Shown piece by piece: positions 11,243 through 20,499 of a stretch of DNA of 64,000 nt (positions are counted from its first letter, which is position 1; every line of letters begins with the position of its first letter). Below the pieces are notes generated by a model that was not told the origin of the DNA, did no database searches, and saw nothing but the letters and a program-made list of their open reading frames with translations. The DNA is taken from positions 608,001 through 672,000 of the forward strand of contig OZ241322.1 of assembly GCA_965199715.1 (NCBI GenBank), in the 5' to 3' direction. This DNA is from Vicinamibacteria bacterium. Lineage in GTDB: Bacteria > Acidobacteriota > Vicinamibacteria > Marinacidobacterales > Marinacidobacteraceae. The position numbers and the translations under genes are program-made.

Positions 11243-12300
11243 AGCGCGTCGAGGCCGAGCAGCAGGTGCGCCGCGACGTACAGGAAGGCGTCCTCGGGAA
11301 TCCGCTCCTCGACGGCGTTCGTCGCGAGAAACCCCCGGAAGACGTCCAGCGACCGCCGGTCGCCCGCGCGCGCCGCGAGCTCGACGAGCGTGCCCCAGAT
11401 CTCGACGCCGGGGCGCTTGCTCCGGGCGTCCTCGCCGGTGCGGCCGTAATAGGCGAGGCGTAGGCCCGGCATCCTCCCGGCGCAGAAGTCGAGCACGGAG
11501 GCCGCCACTTCGGGGGCGCCGTGGGCGGCGTGGAGCGCGACCGCCGCCGCGTTCGAGGTCTGGACGATGTCGTTCGGCGAATACAGCAGCGTCCGCTCGT
11601 CGTCGTACAGCGTCGCCATCTCCGGCTGGAACACGTCGTAGAGCAGCCCCGCCGGCGTCGCCGCGGCGCGCACCACCCGGTAGCTCTCCCGCGCGAGGTG
11701 CGCCAGGTCCTCGCGGCGTTCCGCGCGGGCGACGCGGGCGACGTGGTCGGGGGCGTAGTCCACGAGGAACGAGTTCGTCGCGAAGTCCCGGCTGCGGAAG
11801 TTGAAGTAATTCCGCACGAGGAGCAGGTCCGTCCCGCGCGCGGGCCCGGCGTGCCGCAGGTAGCCGTCGAGGATCAGCACGGAGAGCTCCCGGTCGCCCG
11901 GTTCGCCGAACGCCTCGGCCGTCTCCCACAGGCCCTCCGAGATCCGAAGCGCTTCGGTCGTGCCCGAAGCGTCGGGCTCGGCGGCTTCGGGGGGCACCCG
12001 CCAGAGCGCGAATCCCCGGGTGAAAGGATCGTCGGGGTCGTCCACGATGAGCCGGCGCACGGCGAAGTCCCGCAGCGCGTCGGCCATCTCGCGGTCTTGG
12101 TAGCGGGCGGCCACCTTGAGGAGCTCGCCTATGTCCACGGCGTAGATGAACCCGTCGCCACGGACGAGATCGCCCCGCAGCACCCGCGCCCGGACCCCGG
12201 CGTGGAGCGCGTCCCGAACCGCCGTCACTTCGTCCGCGGGCGGCCACCCCGAGCGGCACGCCGTCGCCCCGAGCAGGACGAACAGGACGAGCCTAGTCAG
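11239..12300 (-). CDS. Hypothetical lipoprotein, possible GH8-like (alpha/alpha)6 fold
   Basis: Frame extends upstream of 12228 to a lipobox-like LGATAC. GFALWR...DASGTTEALRI resembles a GH8/YdaJ-like segment. Start uncertain (CTG 12300). Confidence 0.5.
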   Translation of the reverse strand: MTRLVLFVLLGATACRSGWPPADEVTAVRDALHAGVRARVLRGDLVRGDGFIYAVDIGELLKVAARYQDREMADALRDFAVRRLIVDDPDDPFTRGFALWRVPPEAAEPDASGTTEALRISEGLWETAEAFGEPGDRELSVLILDGYLRHAGPARGTDLLLVRNYFNFRSRDFATNSFLVDYAPDHVARVARAERREDLAHLARESYRVVRAAATPAGLLYDVFQPEMATLYDDERTLLYSPNDIVQTSNAAAVALHAAHGAPEVAASVLDFCAGRMPGLRLAYYGRTGEDARSKRPGVEIWGTLVELAARAGDRRSLDVFRGFLATNAVEERIPEDAFLYVAAHLLLGLDAL

Positions 12301-13612
12301 GCAGGTGCTCCCGGGTGAGGTTGCGGGGACCGATCTCGGTCGCGACCACGTTGTCCTCGATGCGAACCCCGCCGTAGGGAGCGAGTTCCTCGACCACCCC
12401 CCAGTCCACGGCGGCGCCCTCGCGATGGGGACCCAGCAGGCTCTCGATGAAATAAACCCCGGGCTCGACGGTCACGACGGTGCCCCGCTCGAGGACGCGC
12501 GTCGAGCGCAGCGCCGGGTAGGCGCCCGGAGGCGGCGCCACCCTGCCTTCGGGATCGCGCAGATGACCGCCCACGTCGTGCACCTGGAGCCCGAGGAAGT
12601 GGCCGATCCCGTGCGGGAAGAACGCGCGGCTGAGGCCGGTCTCGACGGCTTCCTCGGCCGAGACCCTCAGGACGCCGCATTCGCCGAGCGCCCCGGCGAG
12701 CGCGAAGTGGGCGGCCGTATGCACCTCGGCCCAGGGGCGGCCGGCGCGAACCTCTTCGACGAGGCCGAGCTGCGCTCGCTCCACCGCCGCGACCAGCGCC
12801 CGGAAGCCCTCGCCGGCGCCGTCGCCGGCGCGGGTCCTCGTGATGTCCGAGGCGTAGCCCCGCACTTCGGCGCCGGCGTCGATGAGCAGGCTGCGGCCGG
12901 TATGCCCGCCCGCGCGCTTGCCCTCGTAGTGGAGCACCGCCCCCTTCTCGTCCAGCGCGACGATGGTCGGATAGGGAAGCTCGCCCTCGGTCCCGCCCAC
13001 GCCGACCATGAACGCGCGGTGGATGACTTCCTCGCTCCCGCCCATCCGGAACGCCGCCTCCGCCATCCGGTGGCCGCACGCCGCGACCCGGTTGGCCTCG
13101 GCGATGCAGTCGATCTCGTAGGGCGTCTTGACCGCGCGCCGCCACTCGATCCGGCTGAGGAGCGCGGGAGGGTTGCGATCGAGCCCCAGCGCGCCGGCCA
13201 GGTGGGGCGTCTCGCCGATCAGCGCGGCGCGGCGCTCCTCGAGCTCGGCGAGCAGCGCCGCGATCTGCTCCCGGCGGGAGCGACAGCGGACGATGCGGAA
13301 TCCCCCGGCCCAGAACGGGTCCTCGAGGACCGGCGGCTCGTGCCAGAAGTCGTCCGCGAGAAGCGCCATGAGCACGGGCTCGTCGCCCGGCGCCGCCAGC
13401 AGGATCTGGTCGGGAACCGCCCACGGGCAGAGATGCAGGAAGTGCGGGTTGGCGCGGAACGGGGGGGCCTGGTCGTCCCGGAAAAAGAGCCGCGGGCGGC
13501 CGGATTCCACGACGAGCGCGTCGTGGCCGACAGCCCGCAGATCGTCCGCGAGGCCGGCGAGAGCGCGCTCGAGATGCTCGCCGAAGCGGGCGGCGAGTGA
13601 GGATTCGGGCAT
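12293..13612 (-). CDS. pepQ: Xaa-Pro dipeptidase (prolidase, M24B)
   Basis: DDQAPPFRANPHF, LIDAGA..GYASDITRT, FPHGIGHFLGLQVHDVGG, TVEPGVYF, GGVRIEDN. Confidence 0.93.
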   Translation of the reverse strand: MPESSLAARFGEHLERALAGLADDLRAVGHDALVVESGRPRLFFRDDQAPPFRANPHFLHLCPWAVPDQILLAAPGDEPVLMALLADDFWHEPPVLEDPFWAGGFRIVRCRSRREQIAALLAELEERRAALIGETPHLAGALGLDRNPPALLSRIEWRRAVKTPYEIDCIAEANRVAACGHRMAEAAFRMGGSEEVIHRAFMVGVGGTEGELPYPTIVALDEKGAVLHYEGKRAGGHTGRSLLIDAGAEVRGYASDITRTRAGDGAGEGFRALVAAVERAQLGLVEEVRAGRPWAEVHTAAHFALAGALGECGVLRVSAEEAVETGLSRAFFPHGIGHFLGLQVHDVGGHLRDPEGRVAPPPGAYPALRSTRVLERGTVVTVEPGVYFIESLLGPHREGAAVDWGVVEELAPYGGVRIEDNVVATEIGPRNLTREHLPD

Positions 13613-13649
13613 GGGAAGAAGGATACGGGAGCGTGCGATGATTCCTTCC

Positions 13650-14447
13650 ATGAAGGCGCGCCGGTGGCTCTTTCTCGTCCTCGCGGCGGCCTGCGGGGCC
13701 TCCGGCGGGGCGCCGCCCCCCTCCCCCTCGCCTCCGCCGCCGGAGCCGCAGACCCCGGTGGACGGCTATCGGATCGTCCGCGAGTACCCCCACGACCGGG
13801 GCGCGTTCACCCAGGGCCTGTTCTTCCACGAGGGCGCGCTCTACGAGAGCACCGGCCTGCACGGCGAGTCCACGCTGCGGCGGGTCGAGCTCGAGACCGG
13901 AGACGTGCTCGCCCAGCACCGCCTGCTCCCGAATTTCTTCGGCGAGGGTTCGGCGATCGCCGACGGCCGCATCCACATGCTGACGTGGAGGGCCGGCGTC
14001 GGGTTCATCCACGACCCCGACTCGTTCCGACTGCTCGGCGAGTTCCGCTACGCCGGAGAAGGCTGGGGGCTGACGTACGACGGGCGGCTCCTCGTGATGA
14101 GCGACGGAACCCACGTGCTTCGTTTCCGCGATCCGGCGACCCACCGCGAGGTGCGCGAGCTTCCCGTGTACGACCGGGGGCGGCCGGTCGCCGGCCTCAA
14201 CGAGCTGGAGTGGATCGACGGGGAGATCTGGGCGAACCTGTGGACCGAGGATCGGCTCGCCCGCATCGACCCGGAGTCCGGCCAGGTGCTCCGGTTCGTG
14301 GACCTGACCGGATTGCTTCCGGCGTCCGCGCGGCGGGCCGACACCGACGTGCTGAACGGCATCGCGTGGGACGCGGAGTCGCGGCGGCTCTTCGTCACCG
14401 GCAAGAAATGGCCCACCCTGTTCGAGATCAAGATCGCGCCGCAGTGA
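13650..14447 (+). CDS. Glutaminyl-peptide cyclotransferase (type I QC), lipoprotein
   Basis: YPHD..AFTQGL, LYESTG, FGEG, EGWGLT, SDG, LNELE, VLNGIA, TGKKWP; lipobox LAAAC. Confidence 0.93.
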   Translation: MKARRWLFLVLAAACGASGGAPPPSPSPPPPEPQTPVDGYRIVREYPHDRGAFTQGLFFHEGALYESTGLHGESTLRRVELETGDVLAQHRLLPNFFGEGSAIADGRIHMLTWRAGVGFIHDPDSFRLLGEFRYAGEGWGLTYDGRLLVMSDGTHVLRFRDPATHREVRELPVYDRGRPVAGLNELEWIDGEIWANLWTEDRLARIDPESGQVLRFVDLTGLLPASARRADTDVLNGIAWDAESRRLFVTGKKWPTLFEIKIAPQ

Positions 14448-14671
14448 AGCGCCGACACCGGGCCGGGTTCTGGATCGGCCTCGCCATCATGCTGCTGAGC
14501 GTCTGGCCGCTCTACCCGCTGCTCGCGGGAATCGAGCCCCGGGTCCTCGGCATGCCGATGTCGATGTTCTGGCTGGTCCTCATGGTGGCCGCGGTGTTCT
14601 TCACCTTCCTCGCCGTCTTCCGCGCGGACCGGGAGGACGACGCCGCGCTCGACGAGGAGTACCGGCGGTAG
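14444..14671 (+). CDS. Small membrane protein (DUF3311-like, SSS symporter partner)
   Basis: GTGA overlap; two TM segments with IEPRVLGMP motif; directly upstream of the SSS gene. Confidence 0.75.
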   Translation: MKRRHRAGFWIGLAIMLLSVWPLYPLLAGIEPRVLGMPMSMFWLVLMVAAVFFTFLAVFRADREDDAALDEEYRR

Positions 14672-14674
14672 CCC

Positions 14675-16150
14675 ATGGACGCCTGGCTCGTCGTCTTCCT
14701 GACGACGCTCGCCTACCTCGGGGCGACCCTCGCCGTGGGCCTGTTCTCCGGGCGGCAGGCGACGAACACCCCGGAGGGATACGTCGCGGGCGACCGGAAC
14801 CTCGGGTTCGTGGTGCTGTATTTCGTGATGGGCGCCTCGATCTACAGCGCCTTCGCGTTCCTCGGCGCGCCGGGGTGGGCGTACTCGCGCGGCGCCGCCG
14901 CGTTCTACATCGTCTCCTACGGGACGGTGGGTCTGCTCCCGTGGTACTTCCTCGGCCCGCGGATCGCGCTGCTCGGGAAGCGCTTCGGCTTCGTCACCCA
15001 GGCCGAGTTCTTCGCGCATCGCTTCGAGAGCCCGCGAGCGCTGCCCGGCATCATGGCCGTCGTCAGCGCGGTCTCGCTCGTGCCGTACCTCGTGATCCAG
15101 ATGAAGGGGGCGGGATACGTCTTCTCGGTGGTGACCGAGGGGCGAATGCCCGAGTGGGCGGGGGCGGCGCTCGCCTACGGGGTCGTCCTGATCTACGTCG
15201 TCCGCAGCGGAGTCGTGGGGGTCGGCTGGACGAACACCTTTCAGGGCGTGCTGATGCTCGGACTCGCGTGGTGCCTCGGCCTGTACCTCCCGTACAAGCT
15301 GCACGACGGGATCGGCCCGATGTTCGACAGGCTCGTCGCCTCGGCCCCCGAGATGCTGGTCGCGCCCGGACTCGACGCCGGCGGCGCCGTCTGGAGCCAT
15401 GGGGCCTACTCCAGCGCGATCCTCGTCTCGATCCTCGGGTTCTCGGTCTGGCCCCACTACTTCATGAAGATCTACGCGACCCGCAGCATCCGCTCGCTGA
15501 AGCGGATGGTGGTCTTCTTCCCCACGTTCCAGGTCTTCCTGATCCCGGTGCTGCTCATCGGGTTCGCGGCCGTGACCGCGTATCCCGGCGTCTGGCCCTC
15601 CGACACGATCCTGCCGACCATGCTCATGGACCTGGATCTTCCGGCGCTCGTGATCGGGCTGTTCTGCGCCGGGGCGCTCGCCGCCTCGATGAGTTCGGGC
15701 GACGCCATCCTCCACGCCGGGGCGTCCGTCCTCGTCCGGGACCTCGAGCGCCCGCTACGCCGCCGGAAGCGGAGCGAGGCCGCCGAGACCCGGCTCATCC
15801 GCTGGGCCGCGTTCGGGATGGGAGCGCTGGCCTATTACCTGGCGATCGGCTCGGAGGCCTCCCTCGTGGGCCTCCTGCTCATGTCCTACGGCGCGATCGC
15901 CCAGTTCTTCCCGCTACTCATCGCGGCGATGTTCTGGAGGCGGGCCACCCGCGCGGGCGCGATCTCGGGCCTCGTCGCCGGCTGCGCCGTCGCGCTCCTG
16001 CTCAACATCTGGCCGCAGTTCGCGTTCTTCGGCGTCCACCCGGGAATCTGGGGGGCGCTCGTCAACGTGCTCGTCCTCGCGGGGGTCTCGCGCGCCACAA
16101 GGCCCCCTGACGAGGACCGCATCGCTCCGTATCTGATGCGGCAGGCCTGA
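14675..16150 (+). CDS. Sodium:solute symporter family protein
   Basis: YVAGDR, SAFAFLGAPG, WTNTFQG, LAASMSSGD; many TM helices. Confidence 0.93.
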   Translation: MDAWLVVFLTTLAYLGATLAVGLFSGRQATNTPEGYVAGDRNLGFVVLYFVMGASIYSAFAFLGAPGWAYSRGAAAFYIVSYGTVGLLPWYFLGPRIALLGKRFGFVTQAEFFAHRFESPRALPGIMAVVSAVSLVPYLVIQMKGAGYVFSVVTEGRMPEWAGAALAYGVVLIYVVRSGVVGVGWTNTFQGVLMLGLAWCLGLYLPYKLHDGIGPMFDRLVASAPEMLVAPGLDAGGAVWSHGAYSSAILVSILGFSVWPHYFMKIYATRSIRSLKRMVVFFPTFQVFLIPVLLIGFAAVTAYPGVWPSDTILPTMLMDLDLPALVIGLFCAGALAASMSSGDAILHAGASVLVRDLERPLRRRKRSEAAETRLIRWAAFGMGALAYYLAIGSEASLVGLLLMSYGAIAQFFPLLIAAMFWRRATRAGAISGLVAGCAVALLLNIWPQFAFFGVHPGIWGALVNVLVLAGVSRATRPPDEDRIAPYLMRQA

Positions 16151-16154
16151 CTCC

Positions 16155-18791
16155 GTGCGCCCCCTGCTTCTCCTGTTGTCTCTTGGCCTTTCGGCGCTCG
16201 CCACCGCGCAGCCCCACGAGCACGAGGAGGAAGAGCACGAGCACGAGGAGCTCGTCGACGGCCTGAGCCGGGCGCTCGGGATGACCCGGGCCGAGGTCGA
16301 GGCGATGGGGCTCTCGCCCGACGAGGAGCGGCTGCTGCTGGAGGGGTTCGCCACGGAGACCATCGTCGTGGGCTCCCGGGCCGAGCCGCGCTCGGTGACG
16401 GCTTCGGCCGTCCCCGTGGACGTCCTCTCGGCCACGGATCTGGCGAGTCAGGGGGCGCTCGACCTGAAGGACCAATTGCGGAACGTCGTGCCCTCGCTGA
16501 ACGTGAACGACCAGCCGATCGCGGGCATGGCCTCGATCGTCCGCCCGGCGCTGCTGCGCAACCTCGCGCCGGACCACACGCTGGTCCTGCTGAACGGCAA
16601 GCGGCGCCACCGCTCCTCGGTGGTGGATTGGCACGGCGGGAACGGCGTCGCGTTCGGGTCGCAGGGGGCGGACATCTCGACGCTCCCGTCGATCGCGATC
16701 CGCCAGGTCGAGGTGCTGCGGGACGGCGCCGCGGCGCAGTACGGCTCGGACGCCATCGCCGGCGTGCTCAACTTCCAGTTGAAGGACGCCTCGTCGGGCG
16801 GCTCCGTGTCGTTCACCGCGGGCGCCCACGGCGAGGGCGACGGCGAATCGGGCCGGTTCGCGGCGAACTTCGGGCTCCCGCTGGGCGCGAGCGGCTTCGC
16901 GAACCTGAGCCTCGAGTACGGCGCCTCGGCCGCGACCAGCCGGACGGCGGCGCGCACCGACGCGCTGGCGCTCATCGCCGCCGGAAACACCCACGTCGCG
17001 TCCGAGGCGCCACAACGCTGGGGACGCCCGAGCGTGGAAGACGACCTGAAGCTCTTCGGGAACTTCGGATACACGGCCGCGGGCGGCGTCCAGACGTACG
17101 CCCACGCCAACTACGCCAGCCGCAAAGTGACGCAGGGGTTCTTCTTCCGGAATCCGAACACGCGACTCGGGGTGTACAGCAACGACGGCGGGGCCACGCT
17201 CCTGATCGCCGACGCGCTGCAGGCGGCGGGAACCGGCTCCGCTGGTTGCCCCGTGGTGCGGATCACCGACCACGTTCCCGATCCGGTCGCGCTCCGACAG
17301 GTGTTCGCGGATCCCGACTGCTTCACGTTTCAGGAGCTTCTCCCCGGAGGCTTCACGCCGCAGATGGGCGCCGTGGCGCGGGACGCGGCGGTGACCGCCG
17401 GCATGCGGGGGTTCCACGCCAACGGCTTCCAGTGGGACGTGAGCGGCGCGATCGGCGCCCACGAGACAGACACGTTCATCCGGGACACGGTGAACGCCTC
17501 GCTCGGCCCGGCCTCGCCCACGACGTTCGATCCGGGCTCGGCGGTGCAGCGGGAGATCAACCTCAACGTGGATCTCTCGTACCACCTGAGCGAACGGGTG
17601 CACCTCTCGGGCGGCGCGGAGTGGCGGAACGAGGCCTACGAGGTCCTTCAGGGCGACGAGGCGTCGTGGGCCGTGGGTCCCTACGGTCGTCAGGGATTCA
17701 CTTCGGGTTCCAACGGCTTCTTCGGGTACAGCCCCCTCCATGCCGGTCGGTGGGATCGCTCCAGTACGGCCGGCTACCTTGATCTGGAGCTCCACGAGGA
17801 AGAGGACTGGACCGCCGGGGCCGCAGTCCGGCTGGAGGACTTCGAGGACTTCGGCACGACCCTGAACGGCAAACTCACCGGGCGCTTTCGATTCCTGCGC
17901 GCCGGCGTCAGCACCGGATTCCGCGCCCCGACTCCGGGCCAGCAGAACGCTTTCAACATCGCGAGCTGGTTCGACCCGTCGGTCGGCGACCTGATCAACC
18001 TCGGCGCGATTCCGCCGACTTCCCCGCTCGCTGCGCTGCGCGGCGGAAAGCCGCTCGGGCCGGAACGCTCGGTGAACTACACCTTCGGGGCCGTGCTGGA
18101 AGCGGGGACCGTTTCGGTCACAGCCGACTACTTCCGGATCGAGCTGTCGGATCGCATCGGCATCACCAGCAACTTCACCCTGACCGAGCCGGAAATCGTG
18201 GAGTTGGAGACGGCTGGCATCGCGGCGGCCAGAGACCTGCGCCGCTTCCGCTTCTTCACGAACGCGTTCTCGACCCGTTCCCACGGGATCGACGTGGTCG
18301 GGACGTGGACTCCGCTGGCGCTCCGGGGAAACACGACGGTGAGCGCCGCCTGGAACCACACCCGGTCACAAGTCACCGAGAACGAGGGCGGCCTGCTGGA
18401 TGACCGGCGGATCACCGAATACGCCTACGCCCTCCCCCGGAACCGAGGCAACGTCACGGTCGTCCACCACGCCGGACCGGCCCGGATGCTCGGAAGGCTC
18501 AGCTACTACGGCGGGTGGTACGACTTCGACAGCGGCTACGCACAGATCTTCGATCCGTCGGCGGGACTGGAGCAGGGGTTCTTCAACGGGCGTCCGATCG
18601 TCGATCTCGAAGTCACGCTGGACGTACGCAACAACGTGACGCTGACCGTCGGCGGCCAGAACGCGCTGAACACGTACTCGCAAGTCACGGCCCGCGCCGG
18701 CGACGTGGGGGAGAAATACAGTGAGTACACGCCCTGGGGGATGAGCGGCGGCTACTACTACGTCCGCCTCGGCTACGACTGGGGCCAGTAG
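16155..18791 (+). CDS. TonB-dependent receptor with His/Glu-rich N-terminal extension
   Basis: VVGSR TonB box, TLVLLNGKRRH, DGAAAQYGSDAIAGVLN, STGFRAPT, YYYVRLGYDW. Confidence 0.95.
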   Translation: MRPLLLLLSLGLSALATAQPHEHEEEEHEHEELVDGLSRALGMTRAEVEAMGLSPDEERLLLEGFATETIVVGSRAEPRSVTASAVPVDVLSATDLASQGALDLKDQLRNVVPSLNVNDQPIAGMASIVRPALLRNLAPDHTLVLLNGKRRHRSSVVDWHGGNGVAFGSQGADISTLPSIAIRQVEVLRDGAAAQYGSDAIAGVLNFQLKDASSGGSVSFTAGAHGEGDGESGRFAANFGLPLGASGFANLSLEYGASAATSRTAARTDALALIAAGNTHVASEAPQRWGRPSVEDDLKLFGNFGYTAAGGVQTYAHANYASRKVTQGFFFRNPNTRLGVYSNDGGATLLIADALQAAGTGSAGCPVVRITDHVPDPVALRQVFADPDCFTFQELLPGGFTPQMGAVARDAAVTAGMRGFHANGFQWDVSGAIGAHETDTFIRDTVNASLGPASPTTFDPGSAVQREINLNVDLSYHLSERVHLSGGAEWRNEAYEVLQGDEASWAVGPYGRQGFTSGSNGFFGYSPLHAGRWDRSSTAGYLDLELHEEEDWTAGAAVRLEDFEDFGTTLNGKLTGRFRFLRAGVSTGFRAPTPGQQNAFNIASWFDPSVGDLINLGAIPPTSPLAALRGGKPLGPERSVNYTFGAVLEAGTVSVTADYFRIELSDRIGITSNFTLTEPEIVELETAGIAAARDLRRFRFFTNAFSTRSHGIDVVGTWTPLALRGNTTVSAAWNHTRSQVTENEGGLLDDRRITEYAYALPRNRGNVTVVHHAGPARMLGRLSYYGGWYDFDSGYAQIFDPSAGLEQGFFNGRPIVDLEVTLDVRNNVTLTVGGQNALNTYSQVTARAGDVGEKYSEYTPWGMSGGYYYVRLGYDWGQ

Positions 18792-18837
18792 GGGCTGGAG
18801 CCGCGCTCGATCACTTTGGGACCCCTCACGCACATGT

Positions 18838-19680
18838 TCACTGAGCCTTGGCGGCTAACCTATCCAGCGCCGCCAGCATCGCCTGCCGAGAAAGCGTCGC
18901 CGTGTGTACGTCCGGCGTGAAGCCGGTCTCCAACTGCTTGCTAGCGTGTACGTAATTCCGAAACTCCCGAAGCGCGTGGCTATATTTCAGAATATCGTCG
19001 CCCAAGAGTCCTCTTTCGTGCGCCGTGTCAATCATCGGCCCCAGACTCACGCCTCCCTTCTTGCCCTTGCGTCCGATGAGCACACCCTGCCGCCCAGCTA
19101 AAGCAGCCGTCGCAGTCGTGCCGCCCGCTGTAGGTAGGCGCAGGGCAGCCATCAAGACCGCTTCCAGTACGCTGCCGCACAGGATGATCGTGGCAAGATG
19201 CGCCCCCGCTGCGAAGCAGGCCTCGATTTCCGTCAGGCGTAGGGCCACGATCGGTCGCAGCACTCCGTCGATCGGGAGCCGCGAGATGTCTGGGCGCGGA
19301 AACTCCGCTTGGAGGAACGTTCCGACATCAGAAACGCGAGTCTCCCCCACTCCACCGACCAGTCGTATTGCCAAGGCGTGTGTTCGCTCCAATAGGCGAT
19401 CGTCCCCATTCTCACGACCGGGTGCATAGTGCACCGTGTAGTGTTCGCACAAGCCAAGCAGAACACGCCCTACAAGATCATTCGACTCCAAGCTCCAGAA
19501 CGCACGAAGCCGATTGGCTTTGGACTGACCTTGCTGACTGTATTTCTCCGAATAGATGTCGATTCCGTAGTCCTCGAAGAACTCGGCGAAGGTCCGATTG
19601 GAGAAATCAAGGACGTAGCCGCTCTCCATACCGAGAAGGCGCTCGAGAGACAATTTGCCCGAGCTCTTCAAGGAACTCAT
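18838..19680 (-). CDS. Putative abortive-infection protein (Abi-type N-terminal domain + HEPN-like C-terminus)
   Basis: N-terminal GYVLDFSNRTF..FF..SKANRLRAFW; C-terminal CGSVLEAVL...LREFRNYVH. AT-richer than flanks. Start 19680 or 19698. Confidence 0.65.
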   Translation of the reverse strand: MSSLKSSGKLSLERLLGMESGYVLDFSNRTFAEFFEDYGIDIYSEKYSQQGQSKANRLRAFWSLESNDLVGRVLLGLCEHYTVHYAPGRENGDDRLLERTHALAIRLVGGVGETRVSDVGTFLQAEFPRPDISRLPIDGVLRPIVALRLTEIEACFAAGAHLATIILCGSVLEAVLMAALRLPTAGGTTATAALAGRQGVLIGRKGKKGGVSLGPMIDTAHERGLLGDDILKYSHALREFRNYVHASKQLETGFTPDVHTATLSRQAMLAALDRLAAKAQ

Positions 19681-19823
19681 CGCGAGTAGTCGCGGCATGC
19701 TCGGACTAGGCTGGCGCCCTTCTGTGGATGGGAAGGGCGTAACGCACGACGCTTCGGATCCGGGCCATCAGGAGGGCTCGGCAGCAAGGGACACGGGGCG
19801 GCGGAAGCAGCGGACACTCGGCG

Positions 19824-20144
19824 CTACTCCGCGTCGGCCACGACGGAAGCCGTGGGGTCCACTCCGGCATCGGACACAAAGTCCAGGCGGAGACGCGTAC
19901 CGGTCGCCTTGGCGTACCGCTGCAGCGTCGCCACTGAGGGAGAGACCTTCCCCCCCTCAAGGCGTGCGATCGCGGACTGCGTGGTGCCGAGACGGCGAGC
20001 GACATCCTCCTGGGTGAGGTTGGCGGCCGTCCGGGCACGGAGCAGCGCCTCAAGAAGGCCAAACTCCTCTTCAGCACGTGCGTACTCGGCCGGGAACTCC
20101 GGGTCCTTCATGAACCGCTTCTCAAGGTCCTCAAGCTTGGTCAT
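19824..20144 (-). CDS. XRE-family HTH antitoxin (HigA-like)
   Basis: ARTAANLTQEDVARRLGTTQSAIARLEGG..SPSVATL; ATGA overlap with toxin stop. Confidence 0.9.
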   Translation of the reverse strand: MTKLEDLEKRFMKDPEFPAEYARAEEEFGLLEALLRARTAANLTQEDVARRLGTTQSAIARLEGGKVSPSVATLQRYAKATGTRLRLDFVSDAGVDPTASVVADAE

Positions 20145-20463
20145 GGAATCACCTGCTTCATCCGTTCACGAGCCGTCGCGAGCGCCCGCAGGGGCGTGCG
20201 ACGCGATTTCTTGGGGAACGCGTGCAGCGCCACGACACGCCGACCGGTGACTGTCACGTAGATCGCCCGTGCCCTCGTGCCGTGTGCGCTGACCTTGAAC
20301 TCCCAGGGTCTTCCCCCAAGGTGCCTGGCGTGCCTAGCCGGAAGGTTGATGGGCCCGAACTCCCGAACAGTTCGAAGCAGCCGCAACAAACGCGCACGGG
20401 GGGCTGAGGGGAGCGCCGCAATTTCCGAGTCCGCCGCCGGACAGCTTCCACGACCCAACCCAC
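20141..20463 (-). pseudogene. RelE/ParE (HigB/Gp49-like) toxin with apparent 5' frameshift
   Basis: Body HL.G..WE....RAIY....HAF.KKS..TP is in one frame; the typical N-terminus MGWVVE from GTG 20463 is in another (apparent 1-nt deletion near 20442). Confidence 0.72.
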
Positions 20464-20469
20464 ACGAGC

Positions 20470-20489
20470 ATTATAGCGTTCTTGCTATA
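20470..20489 (-). promoter_or_regulatory. TA promoter: TATAAT -10 overlapped by palindromic operator TATAGC-N6-GCTATA
   Basis: ATTATA at 20470-20475 (TATAAT on minus strand), 6 nt before GTG; inverted repeat 20472-20477/20484-20489. Confidence 0.75.
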
Positions 20490-20499
20490 TACGCGATAC

